This document shows positions 51,933-63,827 of a stretch of DNA of 64,000 bases, piece after piece; position 1 is the stretch's first letter; every line of letters begins with the position of its first letter. The notes below the pieces were generated by a model. The model searched no databases. It was not told the origin of the DNA and worked only from the letters and a program-made list of their open reading frames with translations. Source of the stretch: an uncultured candidate division Zixibacteria bacterium. Its GTDB lineage: Bacteria > Zixibacteria > MSB-5A5 > UBA10806. A program made the position numbers and the translations under genes. Location of the stretch: positions 10,314 to 74,313 of the forward strand of contig CAWDFP010000008.1 of assembly GCA_963801605.1 (NCBI GenBank). Direction: 5' to 3'.

Positions 51933-52700
51933 ATGAGAGACAATAATAAAATCTTCGCATTCTACGATATTCATGTGGTGGTCGAGGGGAAAGAAGTCGT
52001 TAAGGGAGTAACGCTGGAGATTGGCCGCGGCGAAAAACACGCCCTGATGGGGCCAAATGGATCCGGTAAATCAAGCCTTGCTAACGCGCTGGCGGGCCAT
52101 CCCAATTATAAGATCACCTCGGGCGAGGTTTATATCGATGGCAAAAATCTTTTGGAGATGGACGCCACCGAACGTTCCCGTGCCGGTTTGTTTCTGGCGT
52201 TCCAGTATCCCCTGGCGATCCCCGGTGTAACCGTAGCGAACTTCCTTCGCGCCGCAATCAAAGCCAGAAACGGCAATGATGAAAGCGCGCTTCGGTCCTT
52301 TAGAAAAGACCTGACCGATAAATTTGAACTTCTCGAAATTGAGAAGGCGTTTGCTACCAGATATCTCAACGACGGATTCTCGGGAGGCGAGAAAAAACGA
52401 TTGGAAATATTGCAGATGGCGATGCTCAAGCCCAAAGTCGCAATTCTCGATGAAACCGATTCGGGGCTCGATATCGACGCTTTAAGAATTGTCTCTCGGG
52501 GCATTAACGCCGCGACCAGCGGCGAAGAAGCTGTGCTTCTGGTCACCCATTACCAGCGGATACTGAATTATATCAAACCGGATAAAGTGCATGTCATGAT
52601 GAACGGCCAAATAGTTCACTCGGGCGGAGCCGATCTGGCCTTGCAGCTCGAAGCTGAGGGGTATGATTGGATGAAGGAAAAAGAAAATATTGAGGCATAA
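51933..52700 (+). CDS. sufC: Fe-S assembly ATPase
   Basis: [43 protein letters not shown]. Confidence 0.95.
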   Translation: MRDNNKIFAFYDIHVVVEGKEVVKGVTLEIGRGEKHALMGPNGSGKSSLANALAGHPNYKITSGEVYIDGKNLLEMDATERSRAGLFLAFQYPLAIPGVTVANFLRAAIKARNGNDESALRSFRKDLTDKFELLEIEKAFATRYLNDGFSGGEKKRLEILQMAMLKPKVAILDETDSGLDIDALRIVSRGINAATSGEEAVLLVTHYQRILNYIKPDKVHVMMNGQIVHSGGADLALQLEAEGYDWMKEKENIEA

Positions 52701-52702
52701 AG

Positions 52703-54133
52703 ATGGCAGATGTATTGAATAAAAATAGAAACGTTGCCGATATCGGCGACGACTATGAGTCGAAATACGGTTTCCATGATCCGGAGGAGTATTTCCATAA
52801 AGGCTCGAAAGGACTCAGTCACGAGGTGGTTGAGATGATCTCTCGTCTGAAAAAGGAGCCGGATTGGATGAGAGAATACCGTCATGAGGCGCTTGACATT
52901 TTCCTGGCCAAACCGATGCCGCGCTGGGGCGATACGGAGCTTCTCAACAGTATCGATTTTAGCGATATATTTTACTATGTCCGTCCGATGGAAAACCAGG
53001 GTAAGAGCTGGGAGGATGTGCCCGAGAATATCAAAAAGACATTCGACCGCCTGGGAATCCCGGAGGCCGAAAAGAAATTTCTGGCGGGAGTCTCCGCGCA
53101 GTATGAGTCGGAGGTTGTTTACCACTCACTGAAAAAGGATTTGGAAAATCAGGGGATCATCTTTCTCGATATGGATAGCGGCCTTCGCGAGCATCCCGAA
53201 ATCGTCAAAAAATATTTTGGTACCATAATACCATCGACAGACAACAAGTTTGCGGCGCTAAATTCCGCAGTCTGGTCCGGAGGTTCATTTATCTATGTGC
53301 CTCCGGGAGTTGATGTCAAGATTCCACTGCAGGCTTATTTCAGAATCAATGCCCAGAATATGGGGCAATTCGAACGGACGCTGATTATCGCCGATAAAGG
53401 CTCCCGCGTACATTATATCGAGGGCTGCACGGCGCCGAGCTATACTACCAATTCGCTGCATACGGCTGTCGTGGAGCTTATCGCCCTAGAGGGCTCTTAT
53501 ATTCGCTATACCACGATACAGAACTGGTCGCATAACGTTTTCAATCTGGTTACCAAGCGCGCTATGGCGTATGCCCATGCTACGGTGGAGTGGATTGACG
53601 GCAATATTGGATCGAAGCTTACCATGAAGTACCCTTGCGTTTATCTCGTTGGCGAAGGCGCCAAGGGCGAAATTCTTTCGATCGCGTTCGCCGGTAATGG
53701 CCAGCATCAGGATGCCGGAGCCAAGGTGATTCACGCGGCGCCAAACACCAGTTCGCGTATCACATCGAAATCAATTTCCAAAGCGGGCGGCCGGTCATCA
53801 TATAGAGGACTGGTAAAGGTCTATCCAAATGCTGTTAAGAGCAAAGTATCGGTGGAATGCGATGCCCTGCTCATTGATGAAGCATCGCGTTCGGATACCT
53901 ATCCCACGATGGAGATCGATGCTGATGATGTCAGGGTTGAGCATGAGGCCAGAGTCAGCAAGGTTGCCGAAGAACAGCTTTTTTATCTGACGAGCAGAGG
54001 GCTGACAGAGGATGAAGCCAGACTTCTGATTATCAACGGCTTTATCGAGCCATTTACAAAAGAGCTTCCAATGGAATATGCCGTAGAGCTAAACCGGCTT
54101 ATTGAACTTGAGATGGAGGGTTCAGTTGGATAA
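52703..54133 (+). CDS. sufB: Fe-S assembly scaffold
   Basis: [49 protein letters not shown]. Confidence 0.96.
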   Translation: MADVLNKNRNVADIGDDYESKYGFHDPEEYFHKGSKGLSHEVVEMISRLKKEPDWMREYRHEALDIFLAKPMPRWGDTELLNSIDFSDIFYYVRPMENQGKSWEDVPENIKKTFDRLGIPEAEKKFLAGVSAQYESEVVYHSLKKDLENQGIIFLDMDSGLREHPEIVKKYFGTIIPSTDNKFAALNSAVWSGGSFIYVPPGVDVKIPLQAYFRINAQNMGQFERTLIIADKGSRVHYIEGCTAPSYTTNSLHTAVVELIALEGSYIRYTTIQNWSHNVFNLVTKRAMAYAHATVEWIDGNIGSKLTMKYPCVYLVGEGAKGEILSIAFAGNGQHQDAGAKVIHAAPNTSSRITSKSISKAGGRSSYRGLVKVYPNAVKSKVSVECDALLIDEASRSDTYPTMEIDADDVRVEHEARVSKVAEEQLFYLTSRGLTEDEARLLIINGFIEPFTKELPMEYAVELNRLIELEMEGSVG

Positions 54134-54137
54134 CGAT

Positions 54138-55425
54138 ATGTCAATCGATACCTTAATTCGCGATGAAACCGCGTTTAGACCGATAGTCTCGGGCGAACCG
54201 GAGTGGTTTTATCGTCTTCGCAAGGATGCCTGGGAGTATTATTTAGCCTCTCCCCCGCCGGAACGTACCTCGAATGTTTGGCGCTATACCGATCCCGGTG
54301 GAATTTGAGATTGAAAATCCGCAGGAGCTATATGGGCAATTGCCACTCTTACCTGATAATACACCAACGAAGCTTCGTCAAATGAACCCCGATTACGCGG
54401 CATTCGGGTATAATCAAAGCGATCTGAGGACTTACGTTCAGATGATACCGGAGCTTACTGATTCCGGAGTCATATTCAAAGACCTCTATTCGGCGATTCG
54501 GGAAAACGGTGATATAGTCGAACAGCATTTGGGGCGGCTTATCGCGACAGATTTTGGAAGGTTTGAAGCGCTCAATATGGCGCTGTGGAATAATGGATTG
54601 TTTCTTTATATCCCCTCGAATTTAGTGATTGAAAAACCGATCTACCTGCATCGTCATCCGACAGGCCAGAATACGATATCGCGTCTACTGGTCGTAATTG
54701 GCGATAACACCCAGGCAACAGTTATCGATGATTATGCCTGCCATTGCCGGGATAAAAGCTCCATTGTCAACAGCGCTGTGGAGATTTTCGCTGGAAATGC
54801 CGGCAACGTACGTTATGTTAATCTTCAGAATCTCGGACTTGAAACCAAAACATATATTACAATTCGAAGTCTGATAGGCCAGGGCACAAATATCAAATCT
54901 ATCTACGGCAGCGTGGGAAGTCTCGTTACGAAAGTTAACGCCGGTACTATTCTCAACGGCAGAGGAGCTGAAAGCCAGATGTATGGCGCTATTTTCGGAG
55001 ACGGCAAACAGCATTTTGACTACCACACCATGCAGCATCATAAGGCCGGTGAATCGTTCTCGAATTTGAATTTCAAAGTGGCGCTTAAGGATAAAGCCAG
55101 GTCGGCTTATACCGGTCTGATCAGGATCGAGAAGGATACTGTTAACTGCGAGGCTTACCAGGAAAATCGCAATCTGCTATTAAGCGACGGAACGAAGGCA
55201 GAATCAATTCCGGAGCTTGAGATACTGACCGACCAGGTTCGCTGCACTCATGGCGCCACCATGGGGCCGATAGACCCCGAACAGGTATTTTATCTTAAGA
55301 GCCGCGGAATCGCCGAAACCGAAGCGGTCAAAATAATAGTTAACGGGTTTATGGAATCGCTATTAAGCCAGATACCAATGGAAAGCGCCAATATTCTTCG
55401 CGAATTGATAACCAGGAAACTTTAG
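54138..55425 (+). CDS. sufD: Fe-S assembly protein SufD (frameshift near 54298)
   Basis: WRYTD in the first piece; PELEILTDQVRCTHGATMG...FYLKSRGI. Confidence 0.9.
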
Positions 55426-55437
55426 GGAGAGGCTGTC

Positions 55438-55755
55438 ATGGTTCAGGAATTTATTAAGGCATGTGACGAGACTGAAATTATCGAAGGCAAAATCAAAACC
55501 GTAGAACTGAAGGATCGTCCGATAGCGATAGCGCGCTTCGAAGGAACTATTTATGCCATCGATAATATTTGCACTCATGATGGCGGCAATTTAGGTGAGG
55601 GCAATGTCGTCAAGGGGCAGGTTCAGTGCCCCCGACATGGCGCGCGTTTCGATCTCAAAACGGGACAGGTAACGCGGATGCCGGCAGTCATCGGAATTAA
55701 CACTTATGAAGTAAAAGTTGAAAACGGTCAGGTTTTCGTAGCTATTCCAGAGTAA
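55438..55755 (+). CDS. Rieske-type ferredoxin
   Basis: CTH...CPRHG. Confidence 0.92.
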   Translation: MVQEFIKACDETEIIEGKIKTVELKDRPIAIARFEGTIYAIDNICTHDGGNLGEGNVVKGQVQCPRHGARFDLKTGQVTRMPAVIGINTYEVKVENGQVFVAIPE

Positions 55756-55756
55756 G

Positions 55757-57041
55757 ATGAAAGCTAAAATTAAAAATATCGAACCTAAAGCGCAAGCCTC
55801 CGGGATAAAAGTTTTGGATCCCGAGGTGATTCGTGGGGATTTCCCCATATTAAGCAGAGAGGTTCATGGCAAAAACCTGATCTATTTCGATAATGCCGCC
55901 ACCACTCAAAAACCGAGCAGCGTTATTCAAGCCATCGGCGATTACTATCTCGGCTACAACGCGAATGTTCATCGCGGGCTGCATACGTTAGCTGAGGAGG
56001 CTACTTCGGCCTATGAGGCCGCTCGCGCCAGGGTAGCAAATTTTATCGGCGGAGTGAAATCCGAGGAAATAATTTTTACCCGTAACGCCACCGAGGCTAT
56101 CAATCTGGTAGCCTATAGCTGGGGTCGCAAGCATCTTGGACCGGGCGATCGTATTGTGGTAACCGAGATGGAACATCATGCTAATCTTGTCCCCTGGATC
56201 GCCCTTGCCAGAAAAACAGGAGCCGAACTCAAGTATATTCCTATTTCAGATGATGGTTATCTCGATTTATCCTATCTCGATGAAATTATAAATTGCAATA
56301 CTCGCATTGTGGCTATTACCCAAATGTCGAATGTCCTTGGAACCATAAATCCTGTCGATGCAATTATTAAGCTGGCGCACGACCGTGGAGCGCTGGCTTT
56401 AGTCGATGCTGCTCAGAGCGCGCCGCATATCCCTGTTAATGTGCTGGAGACTCAATGCGGATTTTTTGGCGTTCTCGGCGCACAAGATGCTGGGACCGAC
56501 CGGAATCGGTGTTTTATACGGCAAAGAGGCAATCCTCCGCGAGATGGAGCCGTTTCTTTACGGCGGCGATATGATTCGGGAAGTACATCAGGATTCCGCA
56601 ACATGGAACGATCTTCCCTGGAAATTCGAGGCCGGGACGCCGAATATTGCTGATGCCATCGCTTTCTCCCCGGCGCTTGATTATCTCGATAATCTGGGGA
56701 TGGACGCGGTCAGGCAGCACGAAAAGAATCTGACATCTTACGCCCTTGAAAGATTAGGAGAAATTAAATCGATCAAAGTTTTTGGACCGACTGATATCAA
56801 TCATCGCGGCAGCGCGATATCATTTATCGATAGAGATATTCATCCGCACGATCTGGCAACCTATCTGGATAGTCAGGGTATCGCCATACGGGCCGGACAT
56901 CATTGTGCCCAGGTACTAATGAGACGATTGGGCGTAGTCGCGACGGCTCGTGCCAGTTTTTATATTTATAATACGAAGCGGGAAATAGATTCCTTTATCG
57001 AGGCGCTGCAGGCTGCCAGGAGGTACTTTGGCCATGTCTGA
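55757..57041 (+). CDS. sufS: Cysteine desulfurase (frameshift near 56450)
   Basis: YFDNAATTQKP, NVHRG, EHHAN, DAAQS, SAHKMLGPTG, RAGHHCA. Confidence 0.93.
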
Positions 57042-57498
57042 ACCACTTGACGAACTCTATCGCGATATCATCATGGACCATTATCGGTATCCGCGCGGTC
57101 ATAAGAAACTCGCTGACGCTGATATCCAAAACGAGGGGCAGAATCCGGTTTGCGGTGATGAAATCACGGTGGCGTTGAAACTTGCTGATGATAGAGTTGA
57201 GGATGTTTCAGTTGATTGCGCAGGCTGCGCTATTTCGGTGGCCTCGGGAAGCATGCTGGCGGATATTGTTAAAGGCAAAACGATTTCCGAAATTAAAAAA
57301 ATCGCGTCAGCTATTAAGGCGATTCTAAAGGGCGAGAATCCTCCGGATGGACTGGATTTGGGCGATCTCGAGGCATTAGCTGGCGTGCGGAATTTTCCGG
57401 TGCGTATCAAGTGCGCGCTGCTTTCCTGGACAACGCTGGTCGATGCCATTGAATCTGTTGAGAAAGGCAAAGGGATTAAGGTTTCATCAACCGAGTAA
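57034..57498 (+). CDS. sufU: SufU sulfur-transfer/scaffold protein
   Basis: LYRDIIMDHY, NPVCGD, GCAIS, RIKCALL. Confidence 0.92.
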   Translation: MSEPLDELYRDIIMDHYRYPRGHKKLADADIQNEGQNPVCGDEITVALKLADDRVEDVSVDCAGCAISVASGSMLADIVKGKTISEIKKIASAIKAILKGENPPDGLDLGDLEALAGVRNFPVRIKCALLSWTTLVDAIESVEKGKGIKVSSTE

Positions 57499-57501
57499 GT
57501 T

Positions 57502-57807
57502 ATGTTTACTAAAGAAGAAGTTTTGGCGAAACTGTCGAATGTAATGGACCCGGAACTGGGGCTCAGTATCGTAGACCTGGGGCTAGTCTATGATGTCGAG
57601 GTCCTGGACGAAAAATCGGTGTATATTTCGATCACGCTGACTTTTCCGGGTTGCCCTTATGGGCAGACTCTCATTAACGACGCGGAGCAAGCGGTCAAGG
57701 AGCTTCCGGGCGCTGAAAAAGTAGATATAGAGCTTGTCTGGGACCCGCCCTGGAATCCCTCGGAGATGGCATCGGAATTTGCCAAGGATGTTTTAGGAAT
57801 TTGGTGA
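57502..57807 (+). CDS. sufT: DUF59/SufT Fe-S maturation protein
   Basis: DPELGLSIVDLGLVY, TLTFPGCP, VWDPPW. Confidence 0.88.
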   Translation: MFTKEEVLAKLSNVMDPELGLSIVDLGLVYDVEVLDEKSVYISITLTFPGCPYGQTLINDAEQAVKELPGAEKVDIELVWDPPWNPSEMASEFAKDVLGIW

Positions 57808-57848
57808 ACTTTTTGCGCTTAAGGCGTATAAATTATACCAATAGGATT

Positions 57849-57887
57849 GAAAACGGGCAGCCTTCGGGGGGAAGCGGCCCGTTTTTC
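57849..57887 (+). terminator. Terminator of the suf operon
   Basis: gaaaacgggc...gcccgtttttc stem plus T-run. Confidence 0.75.
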
Positions 57888-58093
57888 ATTTGGAGATATA
57901 ATCAAATAAGACAGTAACAATAAAATTATAACTATTGATTCATAAGGGCAGTGATATAGTTATTTTAAGGCTTGATGCCCGTATTTGTTATTTCAAAATT
58001 ATTATAAAATATAGGGGCGCATTACGATACGCCCTTGTACGAAAACTATAATGTAAGAGCTAATATGAAAAATAGTTTTATCGATACTCTTAT

Positions 58094-59014
58094 TTATGTC
58101 AGACTGGGATAAGTCATTCCAAATCGTTTGCGATAGTAGAGGCGCGTAAGAATAAACAATATTACCAGAAATGGCGCGTAGGGCCAGAAGTGGATTGATG
58201 CTGCCATAGAGAGAAGCAGGATTGCTATTTTAATCGCTACAATGGCTTGACGATCGGAAGCTTTGTAAATCACCCAAATATAAAATGGCAGGCACAATAC
58301 CGAAACAACGGCAAGAAACAGATCTTTGATCTCAAGCCCCATAACGAGTGAACTGATCAGGCACAATGTCATTATTATCGCAGAGCGTCTGATTCCTAAT
58401 ACAACACCGGGAGTAATTTTGCCGACCTTGAAATCGCCGGGGATATCTGGAATGGTTGTGCCGATAAAGACCGATACTACAGCAAAAAAGTAGGGGATTG
58501 AATATATGATTCCAGTTCGAAATATCCCTCCTGCCGCCACATATCCCACCAGGAACGGTAATATGCCGTGAGCAATGCCGTTCGATAAGGTGCTCAAGAT
58601 CGGATGATTCTTTCCATAAAATGGTTTTCCAGAATAGATATAGCCTAATATTAATCCTAAGGCGAAAAGATAGCCGATTGTTTTCCCCATCAAGAAACCG
58701 CCAATTAGCGTGACGAATAGTGCGATTGCGGCCATAACATAAGCGGATTTTATGGAGATAATTCCCTGCGGCAGGAAATAGAGCTTTTTATTGATACGAT
58801 CCGATTCAATATCGCTGATTTGATTTACGATATAAGCCCAACTGGCCGCCGCGGATGATAAGAGCAATAGATAGATTAGGAAGGAGTCGCGGCGTGCTCA
58901 GGTCCTGAAATATCCAAGAATAACGATTGTCCAGACCGGAGGATGGAGAGCGGGCCTTAAAAAGAAGATATAATCAAAATTTTTGGAATTGTTATTTTGA
59001 TGTGAATCATCCAT
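58094..59014 (-). CDS. UbiA family prenyltransferase (frameshift near 58890)
   Basis: NQISDIESDRINK and IPDIPGD Asp-rich motifs, multiple TM helices; N-terminal piece DYIFFLRP from ATG 59014. Confidence 0.8.
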
Positions 59015-59431
59015 AATCATTAAGTATTAAACAATAATTAGCTTAGTTATAGTGCTCGGTATAAGTTTTTATTAGGGTACTTACCGGTGTTGAACTTCTC
59101 TGCCATAGTTCCAAATGCCAGTATTCTTTAATGTGAAGACCAAATCATTCTATTTAGATCGTCCCTTCCTAGTTGATTTGCGAAACAATTATACGTGCTG
59201 ACAAAAAATCGAATTGAGTTCAATTTTTAGGAATATCAGGTCGGTTAAATTGATCGGGCATTTCCCAGCTGTCGAGTAATCGCTAAAGCAGCAATCCATA
59301 ATGGTTCTCGCAACCAGATTCTAACATCAGCTTCCGACTTTGATTTGTACCTCATTTGAAATCCTCCTTTAGTAGCCGATGGAATTTTCTTAATTGAAAA
59401 ATTGGCATTAGAGTACATTTTATTCTACAAA

Positions 59432-60240
59432 TTAGGTTAGTATCCGCAGCATAAAATATACGGCCGGCAGCGCAATTACAAAAGAATCGAACCTGTCCAG
59501 CACTCCCCCATGTCCGGGGATCAGATTCGACGAGTCCTTGATACCGCAATCGCGCTTGATGGCAGATTCGATAAGATCGCCTATTTGACCGAAAAACGTC
59601 GCCACCAGCGAAAGGAGCATCAAAGCGGGCAATGACCAGTTGTGGAGAAATGGCATGGCCAGAAACGGTGTCAGCAAACCGCCGACAAATGAGAATACAA
59701 AGCCAGCCCAGGTTTTTTTCGGCGAAATTGTCGGAGCCAATTTTCGCTTGCCGATCCATCGTCCAAAAGCATACGCGAAAGTATCGGCTATCCAGGTATT
59801 AACGAATATAAAGAGCAGGAACACCCATCCCACCGGGGCGAACTGCGCGATGAATTAGAATCGCAAACGACAAGAAAAACGTTGGATAAATGGTAGCCAA
59901 TATTGAAAACGACAGATATGTAGTATAATCTGTGATACCGCTTTCGATAAGCCTGTAAACCGCCACCAGCATGAAAAGTATGAATACGGCGCCAAGGCCG
60001 ATCGGGCCGAATTTCGAAAACTGGAAACATCGATACTACCAGAATGGGAAGCACCGTTATGAGCTTCTTACTCAAGCGAATCTGCTTGGCGATTAGCATC
60101 GCGGTCAGCTCCCAACTCGAAAGAACCGAAATCAGGATACAGAAAAAATACAGCCAGTATCCTCCGAAATAGGAAATAAGAACAAGCGCGGGAATGCCAA
60201 TCGCTGCGACGATTAATCTCTTTGTCAGATTGGAACTCAT
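59432..60240 (-). CDS. cdsA: Phosphatidate cytidylyltransferase (frameshifted)
   Basis: DTFAY, ISPKKTW, GDLIESAIKR..GIKDS..IPGHGGVLDRFDS. Confidence 0.93.
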
Positions 60241-60241
60241 C

Positions 60242-61006
60242 TTAGTTGGCGGATGAAATCTTTCCGAATCGCCGTTCGCGCCCCTCGAAATCGAGGATTG
60301 CTCTCAGGAAATCGTCTTGAGAAAAATCGGGCCAGAGTATATCGGTCACATATAGTTCGGTGTAGGCTGTTTGCCAGAGAAGAAAATTGGAAATGCGCAT
60401 TTCCCCTGATGTTCTGATGAGCAGATCGGGCTCGGGCAGACCCATGGTTTGAAGATACGCCGCAAAAAGAGCCTCGTCAATCTGATCAGGCTGAAGTCGT
60501 CCGGCGGCAACCTCCCCGGCGATCTTTCGTACTGCCAGAATTATTTCATTTCGACCGGAATAGTTGAGCGCTAGATTCAGCACCAGTCCGGTATTGGCGG
60601 TGGTGCGTTTGATGGCGTCAAGGAGGATTTCCCGGCGCTCATCAGGAAGCCTTTCAATATCACCGGTGGCGATAAGGCGAACGTTATTTTCGAGAAGCTC
60701 GGCTAGTTCGCGACGGGTGGTATCGCCCAAAAGCTTCATAAGAGCGGAAACCTCGCTTTTAGGACGATTCCAATTTTCGGTGGAGAATGTAAAGAGTGTC
60801 AGATATTTGAGGCCGATATCCCCGGCGACGCGAACTATTCTCTTAACAGTTTTCACGCCGGCCCGGTGGCCGGCAGTCCTCGGCAATCCTCGTTTTTGAG
60901 CCCAGCGGCCGTTGCCATCCATGATGATAGCAACATGAACCGGCATTTTCCCTTTGGAAATGATAGCCTGCTTGAGATCTGAGGTGCTTGAGGATTTGCT
61001 TCTCAA
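60242..61006 (-). CDS. uppS: Undecaprenyl diphosphate synthase
   Basis: HVAIIMDGNGRW, FSTENW, RTSGEMRISNFLLWQ. Confidence 0.95.
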   Translation of the reverse strand: MRSKSSSTSDLKQAIISKGKMPVHVAIIMDGNGRWAQKRGLPRTAGHRAGVKTVKRIVRVAGDIGLKYLTLFTFSTENWNRPKSEVSALMKLLGDTTRRELAELLENNVRLIATGDIERLPDERREILLDAIKRTTANTGLVLNLALNYSGRNEIILAVRKIAGEVAAGRLQPDQIDEALFAAYLQTMGLPEPDLLIRTSGEMRISNFLLWQTAYTELYVTDILWPDFSQDDFLRAILDFEGRERRFGKISSAN

Positions 61007-61561
61007 ACAGCCATCACCTCAGACTCTTTGGCTTCCAGCATCTTATCGATCTTGGTTATATGACCGTCGGTATTATCCTGTAGATGCTTTTGCCCGAGAT
61101 GCAGCTCATCCTCGGTAATCTTCGAATCTTTCTCGGCTTTTTTCAAGGCTTCGATGGAATCGCGCCTGATATTGCGAATTGAAACCTTGGCGTCCTCGCC
61201 GAATTTCTTCACGAGCTTCACCATCTCACGACGGCGTTCTTCGTTGAGCGGCGGAATTGGCAGGCGGATGATGCCCGCCTTCGGAAATAGGATTTAGTCC
61301 CAGATCGGCTTTCTGAATCGACTTGATAACCTCGGGAACCATGTTTTTCTCCCAGGGCTGGACGATCAGAAGCTTGGGGTCGGGCGCCGAGACCGAAGCA
61401 ACTTGCTTGAGCGGCGTGGGCGTGCCATAATAGTCGACTTTGATGGCGTCGAGGATGTTGGTTGTGGCTTTGCCGGTGCGGATACCGCTTAGCTCCCGCG
61501 AAAGTGAATCGAGGGTTTTGTTCATGCGGCTTTCGGCATCATGATAAATCTCTTTTAGCAT
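61003..61561 (-). CDS. frr: Ribosome recycling factor (frameshift near 61275)
   Basis: IRTGKA, YYGTPTPL, LGLNP; AKVSIRNIRR, KESEVM. Confidence 0.95.
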
Positions 61562-61572
61562 AATGTCCTCAT

Positions 61573-62360
61573 TTAAACAACCAGTGTTCCGAGTTTCTCA
61601 CCAAGTATTAAACGTTTTAAATTATCATTTTGATAAAGATTAAAAACTATGATGGGAATTTTGTTGTCCATGCACATCGATATGGCGGTGGCATCCATGA
61701 CTTTTAAGTCCATGGTTAATGACATCGAGATAGGTCACTTCGTCGTATTTGACGGCGTCTCTTGTTCTTCATGGGATCGATATTGTAGATGCCATCGACT
61801 TTGGTGCCTTTGAGAACTACTTCGGCGTCGATTTCGTTGGCTCTCAGGGCCGCGGCGGTATCTGTCGAAAAATAAGGATTACCGGTGCCGCCCGCGAAAA
61901 TTACGATACGTCCTTTTTCGAGATGCCTGACCGCGCGACGCCTGATAAATGGCTCGGCGATCTGCGACATCTGGATAGCGGTCATTACGCGAGTGAATTT
62001 GCCCGCTTTTTCAAGATACTCTTGAAGCGCCAGCGAATTGATTACGGTGGCCAGCATGCCCATATAATCGGCGCTGACACGGTCCATCCCTCCGGCAGCG
62101 GCCTGGAGACCTCGAAAAATATTGCCGCCGCCTATGACAATTCCAACTTCGACTCCAAGATTGGAAATTTCTGCCACTTGTGCGGCGATATTTCGCAGAA
62201 CGACGCCATCCAAAGCGCCCAGGGACTCATCCCCCTTTTTGGGAGCGGATTTATCGCCCATGAGGATTTCGCCCGACAATTTTAGGAGAACACGACGAAA
62301 CCGGACTTGGGGCTTTTGGTCCGGATCGTTGTTTTTATGGGATTGCGGAAGGTCGCTCAA
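61573..62360 (-). CDS. pyrH: Uridylate kinase (frameshift near 61760)
   Basis: [31 protein letters not shown]; tail VMDATA...GTLV in another frame. Confidence 0.95.
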
Positions 62361-62954
62361 TTATTCCCCCAGTCTGAACCGGGCGAATCTCTTAACCACG
62401 ATATTTTCGCCAAGTTTGCTGATGGCGCGTGTGATTAAATCCTTAACCGTTATATCCTGATCTTTAATAAATGGCTGTTCTAAAAGGACTACTTCCTGAA
62501 AATATTTTTCCAGGCGGCCCTGTACGATTTTTTCGAGAATTTTCTCGGACTTGCCCTCGTTGAGAGCCTGAGTCTTATAGATTTCAGCTTCTTTTTCCAT
62601 CAAGGATGGATCGACTTGCTCGCGAAGAACTACCAGCGGATTGGCGGCCGCCATCTGCATGGCGACATCCTTGGCCAATCCCTTAAAATCATCGGTGCGG
62701 GCCACGAAATCGGTCTCGCAATTGATTTCAAGCAGAACGCCTAATTTATCACCGGGATGAATATATGAGTAAATCAATCCTTCGCTGGCGGTGCGCTCGG
62801 CTTTTTTCGCGGCTTTGGCCAGGCCCTGTTCCCTGAGGAACGAGACCGCTTTTTGCATATCTCCATCAGCTTGGGTAAGCGCCTTTTTGCAATCCATCAT
62901 TCCGGCGCCGGTTATGTCTCTAAGTTCTTTAACTGCCTGGGCGGATATTTCCAT
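62361..62954 (-). CDS. tsf: Elongation factor Ts (short form)
   Basis: VKELRDITGAGMMDCKKAL, NCETDFVA, GENIVVKRFARF. Confidence 0.97.
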   Translation of the reverse strand: MEISAQAVKELRDITGAGMMDCKKALTQADGDMQKAVSFLREQGLAKAAKKAERTASEGLIYSYIHPGDKLGVLLEINCETDFVARTDDFKGLAKDVAMQMAAANPLVVLREQVDPSLMEKEAEIYKTQALNEGKSEKILEKIVQGRLEKYFQEVVLLEQPFIKDQDITVKDLITRAISKLGENIVVKRFARFRLGE

Positions 62955-62956
62955 GA

Positions 62957-63721
62957 TTATTGTACCTCCGCTGCCGGCGGTTCTTTTGATGCCTGTTCCT
63001 GGGCAGCCGCAGCAGCCTCTTCCATCTCTTCAGCGCGCACTCTGGTTTGAGCATTAACGGCAGAATCAGCGATGGCCTTGGTGATGATCGAAATGGACTT
63101 GATAGCATCGTCGTTGGCGGCTATAGGATAGTCGACCGGATCGGGATCGGAGTTGGTGTCCAGAATGCCGATGACCGGAATTCCCAGCTTATTGGCCTCG
63201 GCAACCGCGATCCGCTCTTTCTTGGTATCGACCACAAATAGAAGTTGCGGCAGGCTGTACATATCTCTGATACCGGTTAGATATTTATCCATCCGAGCGG
63301 CTTCCTTCTCGAGTTTTTTAGCTTCCTTTTTGGTCAGCTTCTCGAAAATACCGTCCTGTTTCATCTTTTCGATATCTTTCAGCCGCTTGATATTCTTTTT
63401 GATGGTCAGGAAGTTGGTCAACATTCCGCCGAGCCAGCGTTCCGTGATAAAAAACTGATGAGAGCGCGGAGCCTGCATCTTGATGACATCCTTGGCCTGC
63501 TTTTTGGTGCCAACATAAAGGATCGTGCCGCCCGATTCGATGACATCGGAGACCTTCTGGCAAGCCCTGTTGATTGAGAGCAGGGTCTTGTTGAGATCGA
63601 TGATATAAATGCCGTTTTTGGCGGTGAAGATGAATTTTTTCATTTTGGGGTTCCAACGTCGGGTTTGATGACCGAAATGAACCCCTGATTCAAGGAGGTC
63701 CTTGACCGTTATATCTGACAT
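62957..63721 (-). CDS. rpsB: 30S ribosomal protein S2
   Basis: GVHFGHQTRRWNPKM, RWLGGMLTN, DTNSDPD, NDDAI; start ATG 63721. Confidence 0.98.
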   Translation of the reverse strand: MSDITVKDLLESGVHFGHQTRRWNPKMKKFIFTAKNGIYIIDLNKTLLSINRACQKVSDVIESGGTILYVGTKKQAKDVIKMQAPRSHQFFITERWLGGMLTNFLTIKKNIKRLKDIEKMKQDGIFEKLTKKEAKKLEKEAARMDKYLTGIRDMYSLPQLLFVVDTKKERIAVAEANKLGIPVIGILDTNSDPDPVDYPIAANDDAIKSISIITKAIADSAVNAQTRVRAEEMEEAAAAAQEQASKEPPAAEVQ

Positions 63722-63820
63722 TTTGGTTTTCTCCTCCACCGGTCTACTGCGTGGCTCTCCGAATTTTGGAGAGACCCCACAGACCAATCCCACGAACATG
63801 GGATATCCGGTGTGCGTCGT
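63722..63820 (-). promoter_or_regulatory. Structured rpsB leader (probable S2 autoregulatory element)
   Basis: cacaccgg...ccggtggagg outer stem covering the SD; inner hairpins atcccatg/cgtgggat and ctctcc/ggagag. Confidence 0.6.
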
Positions 63821-63827
63821 TAAATGT

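Noticed and set aside
8838..62360. Programmed frameshifting or selenocysteine recoding in split genes
   Set aside because: Breaks are frame changes at unrelated contexts across many housekeeping genes; sequencing error is more parsimonious
62361..62954. Truncated EF-Ts
   Set aside because: The ~200-aa short form is a known natural EF-Ts type
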